DNA of 64,000 bases from Eledone cirrhosa (taxonomy: Eukaryota): positions 37,076,001 to 37,140,000 of the forward strand of contig OZ024742.1 of NCBI GenBank assembly GCA_964016885.1. The letters run 5' to 3'. Positions 15,001 to 28,039 of the stretch are shown here, piece after piece. A program made the position numbers and the translations under genes. How positions within the stretch are numbered: position 1 is the first letter of the stretch; the number at the start of each line of letters is the position of its first letter. Below the pieces are notes generated by a model. That model ran no database searches. It was not told the origin of the DNA and saw only the letters and a program-made list of their open reading frames with translations.

Positions 15001-18000
15001 AACATTACAGTACTGAGGCATTGTAGTGGGCTAACATTGCAGTACTGAGGCATTGTAGTGTGCTAACATTGCAGTACTGAGGCATTGTAGTGGCTTAACA
15101 TTGCTGTACTGAGGCATTGTAGTGGGCTAACATTTTTATGTGTTAACATTGTAGTACTGAGACATTGTAGTGGACTAACATTGCAGTACTGAGGCGTTGT
15201 AGTGTCTTAACATTGTAGTACTGAGACATTGTAGTGGGTTAACATTGCAGTACTGAGGCATTGTAGTGTGTTAACATTGCAGTACTGAGGCATTGTAGTG
15301 GGTTAACATTACAGTACTGAGGCATTGTAGTGGGCTAACATTGCAGTACTGAGGCATTGTAGTGTGCTAACATTGCAGTACTGAGGCATTGAAGTGGCTT
15401 AACATTGCTGTACTGAGGCATTGTAGTGGGCTAACATTGCAGTACTGAGGCATTGTAGTGGGCTAACATTGCAGTACTGAGGCATTGTAGTGTGTTAACA
15501 TTGCAGTATTGAGGAATTGTAGTTGGCTAACATTGCAGTATTGAGGAATTGTAGTGGGTAACATTGCAGTACTGAGGAATTGTAGTGGGCTAACATTTTA
15601 GTGGGTAACATTGCAGTACTGAGGAATTGTAGTTGGCTAACATTGCAGTATTGAGGCATTGTAGTGGGTAACATTGCAGTACTAAGGCATTGTAGTGGGT
15701 AACATTGCAGTACTGAGACATTGTAGTGAGTTAACATTGCAGTACTGAGCCATTGTAGTGGGCTAACATTGCAGTACTGAGGCATTGTAGTGTGTTAACA
15801 TTGCAGTATTGAGGCATTGTAGTGGGTTAATATTGCAGTACTGAGACATTGTAGTATGTTAACATTGCAGTACTGAGGGATTGTAGTGGGCTAACATTGC
15901 AGTACTGAGGCATTGTAGTGTGTTAACATTGTAGTACTGAGACATTGTAGTGGGCTGACATTGCTGTACTGAGGCGTTGAAATGGGATAACAATGCAGTA
16001 CTGAGGCATTGTAGTGGGCTAACATTGCAGTACTGAGGCATTGTAGTGGGCTAACATTGTAATACTAAGACATTGTAGTGTGTTAACATTGCAGTACTGA
16101 GGCATTGTAGTGGGCTAACATTGTAATACTGAGACATTGTAGTGTGTTACCATTGCAGTATTGAGGCATTGTAGTGGGCTAACATTGCAGTAATGAGGCA
16201 TTGTAGTGAGTTAACATTGCAGTACTGAGGCATTGTAGTGTTAACATTGCAGTACTGAGGCATTGTAGTGTTAACATTGGAGTATTGAGGCATTGTAGTG
16301 GGCTAACATTGTAATACTGAGACATTGTAGTGTGTTAACATTGCAGTACTGAGGCATTGTACTGAGTCAACATTGTAGTACTGAGACATTGTAGTGGGCT
16401 AACATTGCAGTACCGAGGCATTATAGTGGGTTACCATTGCAGTATTGAGGCATTGTAGTGAGTTAACATTGCAGTATTGAGGCATTGTAGTGGGTTAACA
16501 TTGCAGTACTGAGACATTGTAGTGTGTTAACATTGCAGTACTGAGACATTGTAGTGGGCTAACATTGTAGTACTGAGACACTGTAGTGTGTTAACATTGC
16601 AGTACTGATGTATTGTAGTGGGTTAACATTGCAGTACTGAGACATTGTAGTGGGCTAACATTGTAGTACTGAGGCATTGTAGTGGGTTAACATTGCAGTA
16701 CTGAGGCATTGTAGTGTGTTAACATTGCAGTACTGAGGCATTGTAGTGGGTTAACATTGCAGTACTGAGACATTGTAGTGGGCTAACATTGTAGTACTGA
16801 GGCATTGTAGTGGGCTAACATTGTAGTACTGAGGCATTGTAGTGGGTTAACATTGCAGTACTGAGACATTGTAGTGGGCTAACATTGCAGTATTGAGGCA
16901 TTGTAGTGTGTTAACATTGCAGTACTGAGGCATTGTAGTGTGTTAACATTGCAGTACTGAGGCATTGTAGTGTGTTAACATTGCAGTACTGAGGCATTGT
17001 AGTGGGTTAAGATTGCAGTACTGAGGCATTGTAGTGTGTTAAGATTGCAGTACTGAGGCATTGTAGTGGGCTAACATTGCAGTACTGATGTATTGTAGGG
17101 AGGTAACATTGCAGTACTGAGGCATTGTAGTGTGTAACATTACAGTACTGAGGCATTGTAGTGTGTTAACATTGCAGTACTGAGGCATTGTAGTGTGTTA
17201 ACATTGCAGTACTGAGGCATTGTAGTGGGTTAACATTGCAGTACTGAGGCATTGTAGTGTGTTAAGATTGCAGTACTGAGGCATTGTAGTGGGCTAACAT
17301 TGCAGTACTGATGTATTGTAGTGAGTTAACATTGCAGTACTGAGGCATTGTAGTGGGTTAACATTACAGTACTGAGGCATTGTAGTGTGTTAACATTGCA
17401 GTACTGAGGCATTGTAGTGTGTTAACATTGCAGTACTCAGGCATTGTAGTGGGTTAACATTGCAGTACTGAGGCATTGTAGTGTGTTAAGATTGCAGTAC
17501 TGAGGCATTGTAGTGGGCTAACATTGCAGTACTGATGTATTGTAGTGAGTTAACATTGCAGTACTGAGGCATTGTAGTGGGTTAACATTACAGTACTGAG
17601 GCATTGTAGTCTGTTAACATTGCAGTACTGAGGCATTGTAGTGTGTTAACATTGCAGTACTGAGGCATTGCTGTGGGTTAACATTGCAGTACTGAGGCAT
17701 TGTAGTGTGTTAACATTGCAGTACTGAGGCATTGTAGTGGGCTAACATTGTAGTACTGAGGCATTGTAGTGGGTAACATTGTAGTACTGAGGCATTGTAG
17801 TGGTTTAACATTGCAGTACTAAGGCATTGTAGTGGGCTAACATTGCAGTACTGAGGCATTGTAGTGGGCTAACATTGCAGTACTGAGGCATTGTAGTGTG
17901 TTAACATTGCAGTACTGAGGCATTGTAGTGGGCTAACATTGTAGTGGGTTAACATTGCAGTACTAAGGCATTGTAGTGGGCTAACATTGTAGTACTGAGG

Positions 18001-21000
18001 CATTGTAGTGTGTTAACATTGCAGTACTGAGGCATTGTAGTGGGCTAACATTGTAGTGTGTTAACATTGCAGTACTGAGGCTCTATAGTGGGCTAACATT
18101 GCAGTACGGAGACATTGTACTGGGCTAACATTGCAGTACTGAGGCATTGTAGTGGGTTAACATTGCAGTACTGAGACATTGTAGTGTGTTAACATTGCAG
18201 TACTGAGGTATTGTAGTTGGTTAACATTGCAGTACTGAGGCATTGTAGTGTGTTAACATTGCAGTATTGAGGCATTGTAGTGGGTTAACATTGTAGTGGG
18301 TTAACATTGTAGTACTGAGGCATTGTAGTTTGTTAACATTGCAGTACTGAGGCATTGTAGTGGGCTAACATTGTAGTACTGAGGCATTGTAGTGGGTTAA
18401 CATTGCAGTACTGAGGCATTGTAGTGTGTTAACATTGCAGTACTGAGGCATTGTAGTGAGTTAACATTGCAGTACTGAGGCATTGTAGTGTTAACATTGC
18501 TGTACTGAGGCATTGTAGTGGGCTAACATTGCAGTACTGAGGCATTGTAGTGGGCTAACATTGCAGTACTGAGGCATTGTAGTGTGTTAACATTGCAGTA
18601 TTGAGGAATTGTAGTTGGCTAACATTGCAGTATTGAGGAATTGTAGTGGGTAACATTGCAGTACTGAGGAATTGTAGTGGGCTAACATTTTAGTGGGTAA
18701 CATTGCAGTACTGAGGAATTGTAGTTGGCTAACATTGCAGTATTGAGGCATTGTAGTGGGTAACATTGCAGTACTAAGGCATTGTAGTGGGTAACATTGC
18801 AGTACTGAGACATTGTAGTGGGCTAACATTGCAGTACTGAGGCATTGTAGTGTGTTAACATTGCAGTATTGAGGCATTGTAGTGGGTTAATATTGCAGTA
18901 CTGAGACATTGTAGTATGTTAACATTGCAGTACTGAGGGATTGTAGTGGGCTAACATTGCAGTACTGAGGCATTGTAGTGTGTTAACATTGTAGTACTGA
19001 GACATTGTAGTGGGCTGACATTGCTGTACTGAGGCGTTGAAATGGGATAACAATGCAGTACTGAGGCATTGTAGTGGGCTAACATTGCAGTACTGAGGCA
19101 TTGTAGTGGGCTAACATTGTAATACTGAGACATTGTAGTGTGTTAACATTGCAGTACTGAGGCATTGTAGTGAGTTAACATTGTAGTACTGAGACATTGT
19201 AGTGGGCTAACATTGCAGTACAGAGACATTGTAGTGGGTTACCATTGCAGTATTGAGGCATTGTAGTGAGTTAACATTGCAGTATTGAGGCATTGTAGTG
19301 GGTTAACATTGCAGTACTGAGACATTGTAGTGTGTTAACATTGCAGTACTGAGACATTGTAGTGGGCTAACATTGTAGTACTGAGGCATTGTAGTGGGTT
19401 AACATTGCAGTACTGAGGCATTGTAGTGTGTTAACATTGCAGTACTGAGGCATTGTAGTGTTAACATTGCAGTACTGAGGCATTGTAGTGTTAACATTGG
19501 AGTATTAAGGCATTGTAGTGGGCTAACATTGTAATACTGAGACATTGTAGTGTGTTAACATTGCAGTACTGAGGCATTGTACTGAGTCAACATTGTAGTA
19601 CTGAGACATTGTAGTGGGCTAACATTGCAGTACCGAGGCATTATAGTGGGTTACCATTGCAGTATTGAGGCATTGTAGTGAGTTAACATTGCAGTATTGA
19701 GGCATTGTAGTGGGTTAACATTGCAGTACTGAGACATTGTAGTGTGTTAACATTGCAGTACTGAGACATTGTAGTGGGCTAACATTGTAGTACTGAGACA
19801 CTGTAGTGTGTTAACATTGCAGTACTGATGTATTGTAGTGGGCTAACATTGCAGTATTGAGGCATTGTAGTGTGTTAACATTGCAGTACTGAGGCATTGT
19901 AGTGTGTTAACATTGCAGTACTGAGGCATTGTAGTGGGTTAACATTTCAGTACTGAGACATTGTAGTGGGCTAACATTGTAGTACTGAGGCATTGTAGTG
20001 GGTTAACATTGCAGTACTGAGGCATTGTAGTGTGTTAACATTGCAGTACTGAGGCATTGTAGTGGGTTAACATTGCAGTACTGAGACATTGTAGTGGGCT
20101 AACATTGTAGTACTGAGGCATTGTAGTGGGCTAACATTGTAGTACTGAGGCATTGTAGTGGGTTAACATTGCAGTACTGAGACATTGTAGTGGGCTAACA
20201 TTGCAGTATTGAGGCATTGTAGTGTGTTAACATTGCAGTACTGAGGCATTGTAGTGTGTTAACATTGCAGTACTGAGGCATTGTAGTGTGTTAACATTGC
20301 AGTACTGAGGCATTGTAGTGGGTTAAGATTGCAGTACTGAGGCATTGTAGTGTGTTAAGATTGCAGTACTGAGGCATTGTAGTGGGCTAACATTGCAGTA
20401 CTGATGTATTGTAGTGAGGTAACATTGCAGTACTGAGGCATTGTAGTGTGTAACATTACAGTACTGAGGCATTGTAGTGTGTTAACATTGCAGTACTGAG
20501 GCATTGTAGTGTGTTAACATTGCAGTACTGAGGCATTGTAGTGGGTTAACATTGCAGTACTGAGGCATTGTAGTGTGTTAAGATTGCAGTACTGAGGCAT
20601 TGTAGTGGGCTAACATTGCAGTACTGATGTATTGTAGTGAGTTAACATTGCAGTACTGAGGCATTGTAGTGGGTTAACATTACAGTACTGAGGCATTGTA
20701 GTGTGTTAACATTGCAGTACTGAGGCATTGTAGTGTGTTAACATTGCAGTACTCAGGCATTGTAGTGGGTTAACATTGCAGTACTGAGGCATTGTAGTGT
20801 GTTAAGATTGCAGTACTGAGGCATTGTAGTGGGCTAACATTGCAGTACTGATGTATTGTAGTGAGTTAACATTGCAGTACTGAGGCATTGTAGTGGGTTA
20901 ACATTACAGTACTGAGGCATTGTAGTCTGTTAACATTGCAGTACTGAGGCATTGTAGTGTGTTAACATTGCAGTACTGAGGCATTGCTGTGGGTTAACAT

Positions 21001-24000
21001 TGCAGTACTGAGGCATTGTAGTGTGTTAACATTGCAGTACTGAGGCATTGTAGTGGGCTAACATTGTAGTACTGAGGCATTGTAGTGGGTAACATTGTAG
21101 TACTGAGGCATTGTAGTGGTTTAACATTGCAGTACTAAGGCATTGTAGTGGGCTAACATTGCAGTACTGAGGCATTGTAGTGGGCTAACATTGCAGTACT
21201 GAGGCATTGTAGTGTGTTAACATTGCAGTACTGAGGCATTGTAGTGGGCTAACATTGTAGTGGGTTAACATTGCAGTACTAAGGCATTGTAGTGGGCTAA
21301 CATTGTAGTACTGAGGCATTGTAGTGTGTTAACATTGCAGTACTGAGGCATTGTAGTGGGCTAACATTGTAGTGTGTTAACATTGCAGTACTGAGGCTCT
21401 ATAGTGGGCTAACATTGCAGTACGGAGACATTGTACTGGGCTAACATTGCAGTACTGAGGCATTGTAGTGGGTTAACATTGCAGTCCTGAGACATTGTAG
21501 TGTGTTAACATTGCAGTACTGAGGTATTGTAGTTGGTTAACATTGCAGTACTGAGGCATTGTAGTGTGTTAACATTGCAGTATTGAGGCATTGTAGTGGG
21601 TTAACATTGTAGTGGGTTAACATTGTAGTACTGAGGCATTGTAGTTTGTTAACATTGCAGTACTGAGGCATTGTAGTGGGCTAACATTGTAGTACTGAGG
21701 CATTGTAGTGGGTTAACATTGCAGTACTGAGGCATTGTAGTGTGTTAACATTGCAGTACTGAGGCATTGTAGTGAGTTAACATTGCAGTACTGAGGCATT
21801 GTAGTGTTAACATTGCAGTACTGAGGCATTGTAGTGTTAACATTGGAGTATTGAGGCATTGTAGTGGGCTAACATTGTAATACTGAGACATTGTAGTGTG
21901 TTAACATTGCAGTACTGAGGCATTGTACTGAGTTAACATTGTAGTACTGAGGCATTGTAGTGGGCTAACATTGCAGTACCGAGGCATTATAGTGGGTTAC
22001 CATTGCAGTATTGAGGCATTGTAGTGGGCTAACATTGCAGTACTGAGGCATTGTAGTGGGCTAACATTGCAGTACTGAGGCATTGTAGTGTGTTAACATT
22101 GTAGTACTGAGACATTGTAGTGTGTTAACATTGCAGTACTGAGACATTGTAGTGGGCTAACATTGTAGTACTGAGACACTGTAGTGTGTTAACATTGCAG
22201 TACTGATGTATTGTAGTGGGCTAACATTGCAGTATTGAGGCATTGTAGTGTGTTAACATTGCAGTACTGAGGCATTGTAGTGTGTTAACATTGCAGTACT
22301 GAGGCATTGTAGTGGGTTAACATTGCAGTACTGAGACATTGTAGTGGGCTAACATTGTAGTACTGAGGCATTGTAGTGGGCTAACATTGTAGTACTGAGG
22401 CATTGTAGTGGGTTAACATTGCAGTACTGAGACATTGTAGTGGGCTAACATTGCAGTATTGAGGCATTGTAGTGTGTTAACATTGCAGTACTGAGGCATT
22501 GTAGTGTGTTAACATTGCAGTACTGAGGCATTGTAGTGTGTTAACATTGCAGTACTGAGGCATTGTAGTGGGTTAACTTTGCAGTACTGAGGCATTGTAG
22601 TGTGTTAAGATTGCAGTACTGAGGCATTGTAGTGGGCTAACATTGCAGTACTGATGTATTGTAGTGAGGTAACATTGCAGTACTGAGGCATTGTAGTGGG
22701 TAACATTACAGTACTGAGGCATTGTAGTGTGTTAACATTGCAGTACTGAGGCATTGTAGTGTGTTAACATTGCAGTACTGAGGCATTGTAGTGGGTTAAC
22801 ATTGCAGTACTGAGGCATTGTAGTGTGTTAAGATTGCAGTACTGAGGCATTGTAGTGGGCTAACATTGCAGTACTGATGTATTGTAGTGAGTTAACATTG
22901 CAGTACTGAGGCATTGTAGTGGGTTAACATTACAGTACTGAGGCATTGTAGTGTGTTAACATTGCAGTACTGAGGCATTGTAGTGTGTTAACATTGCAGT
23001 ACTGAGGCATTGCTGTGGGTTAACATTGCAGTACTGAGGCATTGTAGTGTGTTAACATTGCAGTACTGAGGCATTGTAGTGGGCTAACATTGTAGTACTG
23101 AGGCATTGTAGTGGGTAACATTGTAGTACTGAGGCATTGTAGTGGTTTAACATTGCAGTACTAAGGCATTGTAGTGGGCTAACATTGCAGTACTGAGGCA
23201 TTGTAGTGGGCTAACATTGCAGTACTGAGGCATTGTAGTGTGTTAACATTGCAGTACTGAGGCATTGTAGTGGGCTAACATTGTAGTGGGTTAACATTGC
23301 AGTACTAAGGCATTGTAGTGGGCTAACATTGTAGTACTGAGGCATTGTAGTGTGTTAACATTGCAGTACTGAGGCATTGTAGTGGGCTAACATTGTAGTG
23401 TGTTAACATTGCAGTACTGAGGCTCTGTAGTGGGCTAACATTGCAGTACGGAGACATTGTACTGGGCTAACATTGCAGTACTGAGGCATTGTAGTGGGTT
23501 AACATTGCAGTACTGAGACATTGTAGTGTGTTAACATTGCAGTACTGAGGTATTGTAGTTGGTTAACATTGCAGTACTGAGGCATTGTAGTGTGTTAACA
23601 TTGCAGTATTGCGGCATTGTAGTGGGTTAACATTGTAGTGGGTTAACATTGTAGTACTGAGGCATTGTAGTTTGTTAACATTGCAGTACTGAGGCATTGT
23701 AGTGGGCTAACATTGTAGTACTGAGGCATTGTAGTGGGTTAACATTGCAGTACTGAGGCATTGTAGTGTGTTAACATTGCAGTACTGAGGGATTGTAGTG
23801 TGTTAACATTGCAGTACTGAGGCATTGTAGTGGGATAACATTGCAGTACTGAGACATTGTAGTGGGCTAACATTACAGTACTGAGTCATTGTAGTGTGTT
23901 AACATTGCAGTACTGAGGCATTGTAGTGTGTTAACATTGCAGTACTGAGGCATTGTAGTGGGCTAACATTGTAGTACTGAGGCATTGTAGTGGGTAACAT

Positions 24001-26750
24001 TGTAGTGGGTTAACATTGCAGTACTGAGGCACTGTAGTGTGTTAACATTGCAGTACTGAGGCATTGTAGTGGGCTAACATTGTAGTACTGAGACATTGTA
24101 GTGAGTTAACATTGCAGTACTGAGGCATTGTAGTGTGTTAACATTGCAGTACTGAGGCATTGTAGTGGGCTAACATTGCAGTACTGAGACATTGTAGTGG
24201 GCTAACATTACAGTACTGAGTCATTGTAGTGTGTTAACATTGCAGTACTGAGGCATTGTAGTGTGTTTACATTGCAGTACTGAGGCATTGTAGTGGGCTA
24301 ACATTGCAGTACTGATGTATTGTAGTGAGTTAGCATTGCAGTACTGAGGCATTGTAGTGGGTTAACATTACAGTACTGAGGCATTGTAGTGTGTTAACAT
24401 TGCAGAACTGAGGCATTGTAGTGTGTTAACATTGCAGTACTGAGGCATTGTAGTGGGCTAACTATGTAGTACTGAGGCATTGTAGTGGGTAACATTGTAG
24501 TACTGAGGCATTGTAGTGGTTTAACATTACAGTACTGAGGCATTGTAGTGGGCTAAAATTGCAGTACTAAGGCATTGTAGTGGGCTAACATTGTAGTACT
24601 GAGGCATTGTAGTGAGTTAACATTGCAGTACTGAGGCATTGTAGTGGGCTAACATTGCAGTACTGAGGCATTGTAGTGGGTTAATGTTGCAGTACTGAGG
24701 CATTGTAGTGGGTTAATGTTGCAGTACTGAGGTATTGTAGTGGGTTAACATTGCAGTACTGAGACATTGTAGTGTGTTAACATTGCAGTACTGAGGTATT
24801 GTAGTGGGTTAACATTGCAGTACTGAGGCATTGTAGTGTGTTAACATTGTAGTACTGAGGCATTTTAGTGGGCTAACATTGTAGTACTGAGGCATTGTAG
24901 TGGGCTAACATTGCAGTACTGAGACATTGTAGTGAGTTAACATTGCAGTACTGAGGCATTGTAGTGGGCTAACATTGTAGTACTGAGGCATTGTAGTGTG
25001 TTAACATTGCAGTACTGAGGCATTGTAGTGGGCTAACATTGCAGTACTGATATATTGTAGTGAGTTAACATTGCAGTACTGAGGCATTGTAGTGGGTTAA
25101 CATTACAGTACTGAGGCATTGTAGTGTGTTAACATTGCAGTACTGAGGCATTGTAGTGTGTTAACATTGCAGTACTGAGGCATTGTAGTGGGTTAACATT
25201 GCAGTACTGAGGCATTGCATTGTGTTAACATTGCAGTACTGATGCATTGTAGTGGGCTAACATTGTAGTACTGAGGCATTGTAGTGGGTAACATTGTAGT
25301 ACTGAGGCATTGTAGTACTAAGGCATTGTAGTGGGCTAACATTGCAGTACTGAGGCATTGTAGTGGGCTAACATCGAAGTACTGAGGCATTGTAGTGTGT
25401 TAACATTGTAGTACTGAGGCATTGTAGTGGGTTAACATTGCAGTACTGAGGCATTGTAGTGTGTTAACATTGCAGTACTGAGGCATTGTAGTGGACTAAC
25501 ATTGCAGTACTGAGACATTGTAGTGTGTTAACATTGTAGTACTGAGGCATTGTAGTGGGTTAATATTACAGTACTGAGGCATTGTAGTGGGCTAACATTG
25601 TAGTACTGAGGCATTGTAGTGGCTTAACATTGCAGTACTGAGGCAATGTAGTGTGTTAACATTGCAGTACTGAGGCATTGTAGTGGGCTAACATTGTAGT
25701 ACTGAGGCATTGTAGTTTGTTAACATTGCAGTACTGAGGCATTGTAGTGGGATAACATTATAGTACTGAGGCATTGTAGTGGGCTAACATTGCAGTACTG
25801 AGACATTGTAGTGAGTTAACATTGCAGTACTGAGGCATTGTAGTGGGCTAACATTGTAGTACTGAGGCATTGTAGTGGCTTAACATTGCAGTACTGAGGC
25901 AATGTAGTGTGTTAACATTGCAGTACTGAGGCATTGTAGTGTGTTAACATTGCAGTACTGAGGCATTGTAGTGGGCTAACATTGTAGTACTGAGGCATTG
26001 TAGTTTGTTAACATTGCAGTACTGAGGCATTGTAGTGGGATAACATTATAGTACTGAGGCATTGTAGTGGGCTAACATTGTAGTACTGAGGCATTGTAGT
26101 GGCTAACATTGTAGTACTGAGACATTGTAGTGGGTTAACATTGCAGTACTGAGGCATTGTAGTGGGCTAACATTGCAGTACTGAGGCATTGTAGTGTGTT
26201 AACATTGCAGTACTGAGATATTGTAGTGTGCTAACATTGTAGTACTGAGGCATTGTAGTGGGTTAACATTGCAGTACTGAGGCATTGTAGTGGGCTAACA
26301 TTGTAGTGTGTTAACATTGTAGTACTGAGACATTGTAGTGGGCTAACATTGTAGTACTGAAACATTGTAGTGGGCTAACATTGCAGTACTTAAACACTGT
26401 AGTGTGTTAACATTGTAGTAATGAGGCATTGTAGTGGGTTAACATCACAGTGCTGAAACATTGTAGTGGGCTAACATTGTAGTACTGAGACATTGTAGTG
26501 GGCTTACATTGTAGTACTGAGGCATTGTTGTGGGTTAACATTGCAGTACTGAGACATTGTAGTGGGCTAACATTGCAGTACTGAAACATTGCAGTACTGA
26601 GGCATTGTAGTGGGCTAACAATGCTATACTGAGGTATTGTTGTCGGTTAACCTTGTAGTACTGAGGCATTGTGGTGAGCTAACAATGCTATACTGAGGTA
26701 TTGTGGCAGTCTAACATTGCACTACTGGGGTAATGCTGTGGGCTAATGTT
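1..26750. repeat. 32-bp tandem satellite, consensus TTAACATTGCAGTACTGAGGCATTGTAGTG(G/T)G; runs off the 5' edge
   Basis: Directly visible continuous array. The unit is two related 16-mers (ttaaCATTGCAGTact / gaggCATTGTAGTggg) with GTTAAC and AGTACT palindromes. It degenerates over the last ~150 bp. Confidence 0.99.
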
Positions 26751-26794
26751 ACTAACGTAGCATGCCTTGCTTGTTGCTATTCACAAGTTAAGAC

Positions 26795-26985
26795 ATATGG
26801 CTTAGTGGTTAGGAGGCTGGATTCCTGATTCTTAATGTATGAATCCAATGCCTGGTTCAAGTAGCACGTTTCATCCTTAAGCTAGACTCTTTATTTCATG
26901 TTTCTCCAATCCACTCAGCTTGAAGAAAGTGGATGCAATGACACTGGTACCAAGCAGTATTACCCTTTGCTTTACACTTGTACAA
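26795..26985 (+). mobile_element. Degenerate tRNA-derived SINE-like element
   Basis: A-box-like TGGCTTAGTGGTTAGG followed by a decayed B-box-like segment. Boundaries are approximate. Confidence 0.5.
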
Positions 26986-27184
26986 CATCATATATAGTGT
27001 ATATATTGAGTATGGATAATGTATATATAGTATATATAGGGTATATATTGTGTCTATATGAGTTGTAACAACATTTGTGTCAAGTTGTATTGGGTTTTGC
27101 CTTTCCCTTGGAAAACATCATATATAGTGTGTATATAATGTATATAATGCATTTAGCATATATATAGTGTGTAAAGTGTTTATG

Positions 27185-27330
27185 TAAAGTCGTTAGGGTA
27201 TCAGATTTAGAACGGCGCCATTATATGTTCTAGCTCACTGCGTTCTGAGTTCAAATCCCATCTAGGTCAACTTTGCCTTTCATTCTTTTAAGGTCAATAA
27301 GTAAAGTATCAGTCTAGTACTGAGGTTGAT
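27185..27330 (+). mobile_element. SINE fragment (GAGTTCAAATCC...CAACTTTGCCTTTCAT family)
   Basis: B-box GAGTTCAAATCC plus a core shared with the copies at 41800-41950 (-) and 49120-49750 (+). Confidence 0.75.
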
Positions 27331-27799
27331 TCTTCCTCTATCTCTCTCTGGAAGAAATTTGTTATGTTCCAACATGGAGATAGAGGTGCTCCACCAGGTT
27401 TTAAATGCCCAAGATTTACAGTTCCACTATAACGCCATGGAGAGTTAAGGGCCTGTTTTTATAAAGTGTATATATAGTGTATGTATGAATTCTGATGACA
27501 CAGGTGCCAAGCTGTATCAACCTTTGTCTTCCCTTTAGACAATATTTGTGACATAGAGAGGTGAGACTTGCATGCCCAAAACACCTTGCCCAATCTTGTG
27601 TTGTAAACCCATGGTCTGTGAGTCATGTAAGCTCACCCCATAGCCAGTCATCACTGTGGCCGCTTTTTTTCCCCTTTCTACTTATTCTCAACTGCCTTGT
27701 TGCCTAATTAACTGCCTAAACTCATCATGGCCCAAAGAGGGGGAGGGGTTATATTATCAACTGTCTCGTTAACTAATTAATTGCTTTAATTCATTACAG

Positions 27800-27936
27800 G
27801 ACTCAGACACACTGAAAGAGCTTTTCAAATTAGAAAAAGAAGAGGAAAGCCTGTCAGAGAAGCTAAAACAAGTGGAAACCAATAACACGGAACTGGACAT
27901 GCATGTTAAAGCACTGGATGAAGACATCAAAGACTA
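27800..27936 (+). CDS. Coiled-coil protein gene, internal exon A (DSDTLKELFKLEKEEESLSEKLKQVETNNTELDMHVKALDEDIKD-Y)
   Basis: ttacAG acceptor, open frame, GTGAGA donor. It ends in phase 2 (TA), completed to TAT by the next exon. E/K/L heptad-like composition. Confidence 0.85.
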
Positions 27937-28039
27937 GTGAGAATTTGGGGATGTATTGATGGTTGGTGGCCAATGTGGTGGGGATAGGGGTGGTTGTTGT
28001 TGTTGTTATCTGATATATTGAACAATGTGGTAGATTTAA

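Noticed and set aside
1417-26589. Many short - strand ORFs (MPQYCNV...)
   Set aside because: These are translations of the 32-bp satellite where variants remove stops.
1-26750. CRISPR-like appearance of ~32-bp repeats
   Set aside because: Units are contiguous with no unique spacers, there are no cas genes, and the context is a spliceosomal eukaryote.
26797-26860. Possible tRNA gene; also the GAGTTCAAATCC motifs elsewhere
   Set aside because: No complete cloverleaf could be built, and the motifs continue into SINE bodies.
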